Source of the DNA: Candidatus Odinarchaeia archaeon
Lineage (GTDB): Archaea > Asgardarchaeota > Odinarchaeia > Odinarchaeales > Odinarchaeaceae
Reading direction: 5' to 3'
NCBI GenBank assembly: GCA_029856525.1
Contig: JAHQXC010000018.1
Coordinates: forward strand, 1-20,289
DNA length: 20,289 nucleotides
The notes under the pieces were generated by a model. That model ran no database searches and had not been told where the DNA came from. It saw nothing but the letters and a program-made list of their open reading frames with translations. Shown in pieces: positions 8,729 to 16,919 of the stretch (its first letter is position 1; the number at the start of each line of letters is the position of its first letter). The translations under genes and the position numbers were made by a program.

Positions 8729-9379
8729 TTACAAGTTAATTTCAGCCGCCGACCTAAAATAAGGGGCTTTAACAAGGAAGCCTAGTGTGAAAACCGACCA
8801 GCCGATAATTGAGATCAAATCTGGAAGTATGATGAGATTTAGAAGAGGGGTGATCGCTTTCATTAACTGGCTGATTAAGATTATAAGCGCGCCTATAATA
8901 ATTAAAAGCGGGTTAATCGAGGGAAGTCTCCGTTTAATATAAACCGCAGTAAATGTTGCAACAACCAGTATTATGTTAACAGCGATAAAAGGGCTTGTAT
9001 AAGTTACGATTAAACTAGGCGTCGTTGAAGAGAAGAGAACTGTGAGAAAACTTATAGCGTAAATTAAACCGCCGCCGATTAAAAGTTTATAGTTTTCCGG
9101 TAACCAGATTTTAAGAACACCGATAAACATGGTAACAGCGGTAATGCATATTAAAATACCTCGCGTTTGAAATAATGTTATTTCCGGGATGAAAAATGTC
9201 ATTGAATATACTAAATTTAGTAATGTTGAAACACCTATGAATAATATTGAAACCCCGAATAGAAAAGGTAGATCAGAGTAATATCTTGTCTGTGTTTTAC
9301 TCCATTTAAAAATAAGCAGTGTTGAAAGAAGGAAAGCAACAATCGCAGTTAAACCGCTAAATATAACTTCTAACTCCAT
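8729..9379 (-). CDS. Seven-transmembrane-helix membrane protein, function unknown
   Basis: 216 aa with seven hydrophobic segments counted by eye. GAGGTG RBS 8 nt upstream of ATG. Confidence 0.75.
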   Translation of the reverse strand: MELEVIFSGLTAIVAFLLSTLLIFKWSKTQTRYYSDLPFLFGVSILFIGVSTLLNLVYSMTFFIPEITLFQTRGILICITAVTMFIGVLKIWLPENYKLLIGGGLIYAISFLTVLFSSTTPSLIVTYTSPFIAVNIILVVATFTAVYIKRRLPSINPLLIIIGALIILISQLMKAITPLLNLIILPDLISIIGWSVFTLGFLVKAPYFRSAAEINL

Positions 9380-9690
9380 ATTTTAAACACCTCGCATCCT
9401 CTTTTGAAATCCACCATAAAATCAACAAAAAATTATAAAAACACCAATCAACTAATAGCTTTTCAACGAGGAGACTCTGGTTATTATCTTCAACTGATAA
9501 AACAGATACCGGTAAAACATTTTAAAAGGCGAATATAGGTTTTTCTCGAAAATAAAAATCCCGTTACCGCAACCCCCAGAGATCGTTGAAATATTATAAC
9601 CAAGCTATCCAAGCCAGCCGCGGTTTAAAACTGATGGAATTTCATAACACTTGCTGTAGTTTTTTAAGATTTAAAGTCGTGTATTATGAT

Positions 9691-9981
9691 ATGCCTTCAG
9701 TTTTGTATATATATGATGTTAAAAAAGGGCGGCAAAGAGATCCTCGCCGTACTATGTTCAATAAAGAATTATTCGGTTATAAGTATAAGTGGCTGACTAA
9801 AGACGGAGAGAAGAGGAGATTCAAAACAGGTTTACTTCAACGTTATAAAGCGGAGAGGATAGGTGACAGCGCTATAAGCGTTAGTTTAGAGTATTCCAGT
9901 TTTTTTGATGAATTATTTAAAATTTATAGCGATGTTATAACTGTGAGAAAATTCGTTATAGAAAAAGAAGTGTTATTATAA
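9691..9981 (+). CDS. Small Cas2/VapD-like ferredoxin-fold protein
   Basis: From ATG 9691 (96 aa): VLYIYDV...RRTMFNKELFGY...ERIGDSAISV. This follows the beta-strand-YD, helix, xSV pattern of Cas2/VapD. The longer TTG start at 9586 looks unlikely. Confidence 0.5.
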   Translation: MPSVLYIYDVKKGRQRDPRRTMFNKELFGYKYKWLTKDGEKRRFKTGLLQRYKAERIGDSAISVSLEYSSFFDELFKIYSDVITVRKFVIEKEVLL

Positions 9982-10172
9982 GAATAGAACATCTATATTT
10001 CCAGGCAGCCCGCCCTCTCCGAGCTTTAAGGTTTCATACACGACTTTCAGAGATTGCAGGAAAACCAAGTCTCATCAAGTGCTTTTACCGGTTGAACACC
10101 CTCATATTATTCAGTGAATAGACGAGTAGTAGGGAAATTCAAATAAAGTCTACTGCTCGGAAACACGGGGAA

Positions 10173-10194
10173 CCCCTTTATTTCCACTGGAGAA
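10173..10194 (-). promoter_or_regulatory. Origin recognition box ORB-1
   Basis: Reverse complement reads TTCTCCAGTGGAAATAAAGGGG. Confidence 0.92.
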
Positions 10195-10279
10195 TATTAG
10201 AAGGAGAGATCCGCGAGCGTATGAATACTCGTTTAATTTTATAGCGTTACTCGTATTTTTCATTCAATAAAATGTAATG

Positions 10280-10295
10280 GTGGAATAATAAGGGG
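10280..10295 (+). promoter_or_regulatory. Degenerate mini-ORB
   Basis: GTGGAATAATAAGGGG, the ORB right half with small changes. A second partial match, TCCAGGCGAA, lies at 10387-10396. Confidence 0.4.
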
Positions 10296-10586
10296 ATGTG
10301 TTTGTTAACCCGTTTGAAGGAGTGGCTAAAGTTTAGCGGCTGCTGTTATTCATTTGAAGAAGTTTAACAGCTAAAAAATATTATTATCCAGGCGAATTCC
10401 ATAAATGATGAGAATATTATTGTGTGATAGATTAAGTTTCACTCTGTTTATGTTTTTAAATTATCAGTTTATGATTCTAATATTGAACTGTTAATTAATA
10501 TAAGAGATATGTTTTTATACTGAAAAATTAATATACATTCAAACTATTTTTTTAACATTTAAAAATTATCTTACCCTATTTTTTCG

Positions 10587-10608
10587 TTCTCCAGTGGAAA
10601 TAAAGGGG
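10587..10608 (+). promoter_or_regulatory. Origin recognition box ORB-2 with extended G-string
   Basis: TTCTCCAGTGGAAATAAAGGGG followed by TGGGGGT. Confidence 0.92.
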
Positions 10609-10685
10609 TGGGGGTAAATAAGGTTGTTTAAAATAGTTTATTAAACTGAAATAAAAACTATTTAAGATCAGAGGCGTAATTATTA

Positions 10686-10964
10686 TTACTTAACTAATTC
10701 ATAATAAACAACGGGTCTCCCTTTTTTGTTTATTTTCAAAACGTATTTTTCTACTTTCCCAGATAAAATTAGTTTATCAAGAGTATCATATAATGTTGTT
10801 CTCGGTATTCCAGTATACTCAACCATCTCACTTCTTGTTAGAGCACCATGTTTCTCTAATAAGTCTAATATCACATTTTTTAGATCTAATCTCGATTTTA
10901 CTGTTGATTCAGTTATGTATGCTGACTCTTCGGTAATATTAGTTTTGTCGGATTTAGATGGCAT
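10686..10964 (-). CDS. Winged helix-turn-helix protein (TrmB/ArsR-like)
   Basis: ILDLLEKHGALTRSEMVEYTGIPRTTLYDTLDKLILSGKVEK...GRPVVYY is a classic wHTH with a GRP wing. Confidence 0.85.
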   Translation of the reverse strand: MPSKSDKTNITEESAYITESTVKSRLDLKNVILDLLEKHGALTRSEMVEYTGIPRTTLYDTLDKLILSGKVEKYVLKINKKGRPVVYYELVK

Positions 10965-11026
10965 TATAAACCGACCTATAATCTTTTATTAATAAATAAA
11001 ACACTAAACTATTTAAATATAATCAA

Positions 11027-11500
11027 CTACATTTTTAATCTTTCAATTAAAGGATATAATTGAACTAGCTTCTTTTTCGCGACGTTCACGTATAACCGGT
11101 ATCTTCTATCTAACCGGGGGCCGCTTCTTAATAAAATACCTTCTTCAACTAACCTGCTCAGATTAGTTGAAACAGTACTCAAGTTTATTTCTTCTTCAAA
11201 AGCTGATTTATATAATTCTTGAACATCCTTCGAGGTGAACGCGCCGTTTCTAAAATACTTTATAATAATTAACTCTATTTTCTGCTTCTTTGTAAGCGCG
11301 TCTAACTCTAAAGTTGTTGGCTGAAACTCTTCTTCTATATTCTCGGATTCAGGCTGCTTTAAAGTAGACAATAAGAATGATTCAAGAGGGGTGATTACAT
11401 TCTGGGGGAGCCCCCCATCAATTATTAAAGTGATCTTACTTCCAACATCATGGTTGAAGTATTCTATTTTAACACGCCCCCTTGCCATCAAATTCACCAC
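11027..11500 (-). CDS. Conserved archaeal protein with C-terminal winged helix-turn-helix
   Basis: FTSKDVQELY...INLSTVSTNLSRLVEEGILLRSG is a wHTH, preceded by a small beta-rich N-terminal domain. An alternative start is ATG 11488. Confidence 0.8.
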   Translation of the reverse strand: MVNLMARGRVKIEYFNHDVGSKITLIIDGGLPQNVITPLESFLLSTLKQPESENIEEEFQPTTLELDALTKKQKIELIIIKYFRNGAFTSKDVQELYKSAFEEEINLSTVSTNLSRLVEEGILLRSGPRLDRRYRLYVNVAKKKLVQLYPLIERLKM

Positions 11501-11948
11501 TCTTTCTCTAATATAATTTTTTGTATATTTATGTTTATCTGTGAAATAATATAAGCTGTGAAAACGCGATTAAACAATTTTTATCTAAAATCTGTTTTAT
11601 TTTCGCTTTTTTAACATTTAACAATTTCACAAATATGTTTATTATTAAATTAAATTTTAAAACATTTTTACGTGTTAATTAACATTTAAAACCATTATAC
11701 GCCGTTATTTCTTTGTTAATCGGGTTAAAAACTTGTTTAAAATAGAAAAAAGAAAAATAAAATAAGCTTCAGAATATTGATTATTCATGGTGAAGCGCCA
11801 TAATAAAAATTGAGAATACACTTTTAAAATCACGGATTTAAGTGTTAAAGGTTAACAACGCTTTTCATGGCATGTATCTTTCAATATAGTAAATCTTTAA
11901 TAATAAAATATAATAGTTCACTTTACTACTCTCGTAAGGGGGCTTTTT

Positions 11949-13187
11949 ATGAGTGAGAATACGTTGGATGCAACATTTGATCGTATTTTAATGAGTAACA
12001 TTTTTAAAAATAGAGATGTCATGAGGCCGACATATATACCTAGTGAGCTCCCTCATAGAGAGCAGCAGATAACCAGAGTCGGGTTGATCCTGGCAGCTGC
12101 ATTAAAAGGCGGGACTCCTTCTAATCTATTTATTTATGGTAAAACTGGAACGGGTAAGACCGCTGTTGTTAAATATGTTATAGAGAAACTTTCTGAAAGG
12201 GCGTCAAAGGTTGAGAGTAAATTAAAGGTTAATCACGCGTATATTAATTGCAGAATTATTGATACAACTTACCGTGTTTTAGCTCGTTTAGCTGAATCTG
12301 TTAACGTGGAAATACCGTTCACAGGATTACCGACGGATGAAGTTTATTTTCGGTTTAAAGATAAACTTGACTGCGAGTCTCAGCTTTTAATCATAGTGCT
12401 AGATGAAGTAGATAAGCTTGTTGAAAAAAGCGGGACAGATGTTCTTTATAATTTAACCAGGATTAATTCTAGTTTAAAACAGGCTAGGGTTAGCATAGTC
12501 GGCATTACAAATGATCTTAAATTCAAGGATTATTTAGATCCCCGTGTTCTCAGCAGTTTAAGCGAGGAGGAGCTGGTTTTCCCGCCTTACACTGCTTTGG
12601 AGCTTCAGGATATCTTAAAGCAGAGGGCTGAAATGGGTTTTAACCCGGGTGTTATTGACGCAGGGGTTATTAATTTATGCGCTGCTTTAGCTGCTAGAGA
12701 GCACGGAGATGCGAGGCGGGCTATTGACCTGCTCAGACTCGCAGGGGAATGCGCGGAGAGAGAGGGGGCTGCACGTGTAACTGAGGATCATGTGAGGCGG
12801 AGCATGTTCCAGTACGAGCAGGATATTGTTTCAGAGCTTTTAAAATCTTTACCGATTCAATCAAAAGTAGTTTTGCTTAGCGTTTACTTATTAGAGAGGA
12901 ATAAGGTGCCGGAGATTATTACAGGTGATATATTTAATATTTATTTGAAATTAGCTGAGTTAATTAAGATTGATAGTTTAACTCAGAGGCGGATAAGCGA
13001 TCTAATAAATGAACTTGACATGCACGGGTTAATAAACGCCGCTATTATTAATAAAGGCCGTTACGGGAGAACTAAGAAAATTAAATTAGCGGTTTCACCT
13101 GAGCTAGTTCGCGCGTGTTTAGAGAAAGATTTCCGGTTGAGGCGAATTTTTACATTAGAATCTAGTTTTTCAAATATCGGAGGGTGA
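11949..13187 (+). CDS. cdc6: Orc1/Cdc6 replication initiator
   Basis: Walker A GKTGTGKT, Walker B IVLDEVD, sensor GITND, GDARRAIDLL and C-terminal wHTH with GRYGRTK wing. Confidence 0.98.
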   Translation: MSENTLDATFDRILMSNIFKNRDVMRPTYIPSELPHREQQITRVGLILAAALKGGTPSNLFIYGKTGTGKTAVVKYVIEKLSERASKVESKLKVNHAYINCRIIDTTYRVLARLAESVNVEIPFTGLPTDEVYFRFKDKLDCESQLLIIVLDEVDKLVEKSGTDVLYNLTRINSSLKQARVSIVGITNDLKFKDYLDPRVLSSLSEEELVFPPYTALELQDILKQRAEMGFNPGVIDAGVINLCAALAAREHGDARRAIDLLRLAGECAEREGAARVTEDHVRRSMFQYEQDIVSELLKSLPIQSKVVLLSVYLLERNKVPEIITGDIFNIYLKLAELIKIDSLTQRRISDLINELDMHGLINAAIINKGRYGRTKKIKLAVSPELVRACLEKDFRLRRIFTLESSFSNIGG

Positions 13188-13196
13188 TAGAAGATA

Positions 13197-14738
13197 TTAT
13201 CCTCCATTATATTCCATGAAGTCGATTACATGAATTTTATTCTCTTTTAAGTCGTAGATGGGTACCTTGCAGGGCGTGGGTGTTATACCCATATTTTTCT
13301 GGTATTGTGTTTGACTCTGCCAGGTACCGGAGTTTACTAGTGCGATGTTACGGTAAAACTCTACACCAGTCATATGTAAATGGCCTGCATGGAAAACATC
13401 AGGCTCCTCTTCTATAACCAGGTAATCCTCCACCTCCGGGGATATCGGTGTTCTATTACCGAACTCGGGGGCTAAATGACGGCTGATTAACAGCTCTCTC
13501 ATTAGACTAGTCGGGTTAGATACGCTTACACCTTGAATAGACGCAGCTAAATCATCTAAGCTTCTACCATGATATATGAGAAAATTATGTGATTGTATTT
13601 GAATTAGCGCAGGATTACCAACCATTATTACATTATCCATCTTATATAATCCTCCAGCGTATTTCTCAGGTATCGCAGGTTGAGGAAGAGCTTGGCGGCT
13701 TGAATCATGATTCCCAGGGCTTATAATAATCTTTATGTAGTCTGGTATCTGTTCAAGATAGGAGCGCGCTTTTTCATACTGCTCTGCCACATCTAAAATA
13801 GCTAGGTCCTCCTCTTGTTTTGGGTAAACTCCTATTCCATCCACTAAATCCCCGGCGATTACAACATACTTCACTCGACCGGCAAGCGCCCTCTGTCTTT
13901 CATTTCCCAATTCCCCTTTAAGCCAGCGTATAAACTTTGTGAAATGTTTCTCTAAGAATTGTTTACTGCCTATATGGAGATCTGATAGTAGCGCTGCAAA
14001 TACCTGTTCCTCTGAGCTTTTAATTTTATGCTGCGTGGAAGTATTCGGCCAATATATTTCTTCTACAAAAAATAGGTTTGAGGAGCTTAAAGCACCCTCG
14101 AAGCAGAGCACCTGATCTAATAGAATGTTGTTAGCTTTTATAAATAATTCTTTATTACTTTTATTAATCACTGCTTTAATTGTACCGCTCGGATCCTCTA
14201 ATTCTAAGAGGATATTCCCTTTACCTGTTGTTTTTTTATCCATCACCATCGCTATTATTTTTATCTTCCCTTCCGCCGCGCTTACTTTACTAACTTCGCT
14301 TATATCTATAACATCGTTCATATCTTTTCTTGAAAGAAAGATTTTTTTAATTTTCATATATCTATTTTGAAAATATTTAACGAACTCTTCTATCTTACCA
14401 GTGGAGTAAGATTTACCGGTGGGGTCGAATAATATTTTTATTTTGCTGTCAAAATCCTTAGCTAAGGGTTGAGTTTTTAAGCTCCCAGTTAATTCCCTGC
14501 TTTTACTACTTGGGAGGGATTCCGTTTTATATTCTTCTTCAGCGTCTATTAGTGAATTGATTATATCCGTGTTTAGAACGGGCGGTAAATCTGTTTTCGC
14601 CGTGATCCTCTCGATGAGTATATTGATTACTTTATCAAGGTTTTCATTCTCTTTTATAGCTTGGAATGCTTCGGGTGTAAGCTGGTAACCTTTTTCTAAC
14701 AGATACTCTAACATTTGATTTAGCGCCTTCAAATTCAT
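13197..14738 (-). CDS. polD1: DNA polymerase D small subunit DP1 (3'-5' exonuclease)
   Basis: OB fold plus calcineurin-like phosphoesterase motifs SDLHIGS, AGDLVDG, PGNHD, YHG and FHAGHLH. Confidence 0.97.
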   Translation of the reverse strand: MNLKALNQMLEYLLEKGYQLTPEAFQAIKENENLDKVINILIERITAKTDLPPVLNTDIINSLIDAEEEYKTESLPSSKSRELTGSLKTQPLAKDFDSKIKILFDPTGKSYSTGKIEEFVKYFQNRYMKIKKIFLSRKDMNDVIDISEVSKVSAAEGKIKIIAMVMDKKTTGKGNILLELEDPSGTIKAVINKSNKELFIKANNILLDQVLCFEGALSSSNLFFVEEIYWPNTSTQHKIKSSEEQVFAALLSDLHIGSKQFLEKHFTKFIRWLKGELGNERQRALAGRVKYVVIAGDLVDGIGVYPKQEEDLAILDVAEQYEKARSYLEQIPDYIKIIISPGNHDSSRQALPQPAIPEKYAGGLYKMDNVIMVGNPALIQIQSHNFLIYHGRSLDDLAASIQGVSVSNPTSLMRELLISRHLAPEFGNRTPISPEVEDYLVIEEEPDVFHAGHLHMTGVEFYRNIALVNSGTWQSQTQYQKNMGITPTPCKVPIYDLKENKIHVIDFMEYNGG

Positions 14739-14880
14739 CCTCCAACGTAATCCATTATACTACTTTATAATCCATTACATGACGTAAGCCGCAAACTGTA
14801 ATTATTTATTAAAACATCTTAATATTAATATTCTTAAAAAATTATATTTCTATCACTTAAACTCTATTTATAAAAGCAAG

Positions 14881-15474
14881 GTGAGCGCCTTGTTTAATAT
14901 TCCCACTAGCGAAGATATAAAAAATTATAGAAAGAAGGCGGGGTTAACTCAGGCAGAGCTGGCCAGGAAATCTAATTTAAGCCAGTCTCTAATAGCGCGC
15001 ATTGAATCAAACACTGTGGATCCTCGACTGTCTACCATTAGAAAAATCATCGACGCTATTGAGGAGACGATGAAACTCAAGAAAACAGTCAGGGATATTC
15101 TGGCTCTAAAAAATAAGGAGAAAAATAAGCTTCCGTCTTTAATTGCATTGGATTTAAACGCTAAAGCCGCAGATGCTGTGGCTCTTATGAAAAAATACGG
15201 GGTGTCCCAGATCCCTGTTCTCGATCAAGGTAAAGCTGTTGGTTGCGTATTAGAATCAGATTTACTTGAAAAAGCTGTTCAGCGTAAAGACCTGTCCGCT
15301 CTCAGTGTTCGAGATGTGATGGCTGCCCCCCTACCTATTGTTAGCGTGAATTCTAAAATAGAAGAAGTTAATAAGTTCTTCGCGCAAGGTTATCCTGCTG
15401 TACTTGTGGCGGAAGCCGGGTCCATTATAGGTATCCTAACAAAAATAGACATAATATCGTATACTACGTTGTAA
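14881..15474 (+). CDS. XRE-family HTH transcriptional regulator with C-terminal CBS pair
   Basis: RKKAGLTQAELARKSNLSQSLIARIESNTVDPRLSTI, followed by CBS repeats (MKKYGVSQIPV; IIGILTKIDI). Confidence 0.92.
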   Translation: MSALFNIPTSEDIKNYRKKAGLTQAELARKSNLSQSLIARIESNTVDPRLSTIRKIIDAIEETMKLKKTVRDILALKNKEKNKLPSLIALDLNAKAADAVALMKKYGVSQIPVLDQGKAVGCVLESDLLEKAVQRKDLSALSVRDVMAAPLPIVSVNSKIEEVNKFFAQGYPAVLVAEAGSIIGILTKIDIISYTTL

Positions 15475-15493
15475 TACGTTGTCTGATTCTAGC

Positions 15494-15835
15494 TTACCCT
15501 TCTGTTAGTAAACTGGTTATATGCTCTTTAACCTTAGGGTAGCCGAGCTCTAAGGCTTGTCTTAGAATAACCGCGCTCTTCGCGAATGGTTTATACAATG
15601 CGTTGCTTCTAAGTGTTTTAATAAACTCGTCGATATCATTTTTAATAGCTTTTGGAATCCAAAGCGATATTTTTACCATGTCCTCTGTTTCAACAGCGCG
15701 GTTTCTAGGCTGCTCTGCTTCCCCACTCTGCTTCTTCTCTCTAACAATATTCTCCCAGGCGCTTGCGATTATTGAAGCTTTACCACCATCTATCTTCTTG
15801 AATCTTTCAGCGAACGGGTTTCTCGTTTTAGACAT
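15494..15835 (-). CDS. Ribbon-helix-helix protein with flexible N-terminal tail (SegB/ParG/CopG-like)
   Basis: Start ATG 15835, 6 nt after GGAGG. The C-terminal VKISLWIPKAIKNDIDEFI...KSAVILRQALELGY has an alternating beta strand followed by two helices. Confidence 0.6.
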   Translation of the reverse strand: MSKTRNPFAERFKKIDGGKASIIASAWENIVREKKQSGEAEQPRNRAVETEDMVKISLWIPKAIKNDIDEFIKTLRSNALYKPFAKSAVILRQALELGYPKVKEHITSLLTEG

Positions 15836-15881
15836 AATAATCCTCCAATGGATTATTTTATATGACATTGTATTATAACAG

Positions 15882-16802
15882 CTATATTAACCTTTTAACA
15901 GCTTCTTCAACAATATTCGAATCTATTTCGATTCCTTTAGGATTCTCAAGTCTAACATCTATGCTTAGAGCGCATAATTTCCTAATCGTACGCGGATGGC
16001 CCTTCGATAACTGGAATATTTTTTCTACCGCGTCTGGGGTGAAAGGGTATATTGCTGTTCCATCCACGCCTTTAAACTCCTCGTTTTTACTGTAAGCAAT
16101 CCACCTAGCAATATATTCCGCGGTTTCTTTGAAATTAAATCCTTTTAACTCGAATTTAATTAATATTCGATCGATAAACGGCTCCATTAACGGCGAAGAT
16201 AATTTCTTGAAGATCTCAGGTGTCCCTAATAAAATTATTCTGCAAATTTTTATTCCAGCATACTCTAAGTCACTGAACTGTTTTAACGTATCTAAACTAT
16301 TCAAACTAAGTTTCTGCGCTTCATCTAATATGATAATTGTTTGAACTTTTTTCTCAATAAAATTGTCTAGTAGCCTTTTAAGTATCATCGAGGCGACAGC
16401 TTCACGATTATTCCACTTCGATTCGAAATCTATATTAAGCTCAGATCCGATTAACCTTAACACTTGCAGATCGGTGTACTTCCCCGGGTCATCGATTACA
16501 ATGAACATATACTTTTTGCCTATAACCGGGTCGTTTCTAAGTTCAGCCTCCATTTCACGTCTAAAACATGATTTTCCGATCCCCGCATCCCCGTATATTA
16601 ATATTATTTGACTTTTCTGTCCGTTAAGCGCATGGGCGATTTGTATAATACAGTCTTCATTATTGTCAACGTATATTTCCCCTGCAGGTAGCTCTGCATC
16701 TTGGAATATTGTCTTCCGCCATCCTAGTAGCTCATAATATTTTTTCCTGGCCGCATCTAAATTTTTAATTCTACTAGTGAAAGCGTCTCGAGTCCAAGTC
16801 AT
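15882..16802 (-). CDS. ExeA/GspA-like AAA+ ATPase (AAA_22 type)
   Basis: N-terminal YYELLGWRKTIF (ExeA MYxxFFGLxxxPF-like), Walker A YGDAGIGKS, Walker B IILDEAQKL, ILLGTPE and sensor-II region GHPRTIRKLC. Confidence 0.85.
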   Translation of the reverse strand: MTWTRDAFTSRIKNLDAARKKYYELLGWRKTIFQDAELPAGEIYVDNNEDCIIQIAHALNGQKSQIILIYGDAGIGKSCFRREMEAELRNDPVIGKKYMFIVIDDPGKYTDLQVLRLIGSELNIDFESKWNNREAVASMILKRLLDNFIEKKVQTIIILDEAQKLSLNSLDTLKQFSDLEYAGIKICRIILLGTPEIFKKLSSPLMEPFIDRILIKFELKGFNFKETAEYIARWIAYSKNEEFKGVDGTAIYPFTPDAVEKIFQLSKGHPRTIRKLCALSIDVRLENPKGIEIDSNIVEEAVKRLI

Positions 16803-16919
16803 TAATATCCCCTGGTATACTCCAATATATTACTTCATAATATGAATTTTTAATTCTTCTGCAATTTGAATATCTGTCTATCTAATATCCTACTTTGTAT
16901 TATAATATATTCTATTATC

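Larger units (their letters stand above)
10173..10608. other. Chromosomal replication origin (oriC): inverted ORBs flanking an AT-rich duplex unwinding element
   Basis: Identical 22-mers TTCTCCAGTGGAAATAAAGGGG in inverted orientation, matching the established ORB consensus TCCAGTGGAAA..AAGGGG. 10441-10580 is about 17% GC (24/140). cdc6 lies 1.3 kb away. Confidence 0.92.

Noticed and set aside
9586-9690. 35-codon N-terminal extension from TTG 9586
   Set aside because: No RBS and not protein-like. The Cas2/VapD-like pattern begins at ATG 9691.
10047-10078. Possible C/D-box sRNA on the minus strand (TGATGA...CTGA)
   Set aside because: Only 21 nt separate the boxes, there is no convincing D'/C' pair, and I recognised no rRNA or tRNA target.
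10552-11688. TTAACATTTA repeated at 10552, 11611 and 11679
   Set aside because: An A/T-rich decamer in very AT-rich spacers, plausible by chance.
11949-14738. cdc6 next to DP1 without DP2
   Set aside because: Linkage of cdc6 and DP1 near origins, and unlinked DP2, are common in archaea. Not novel.
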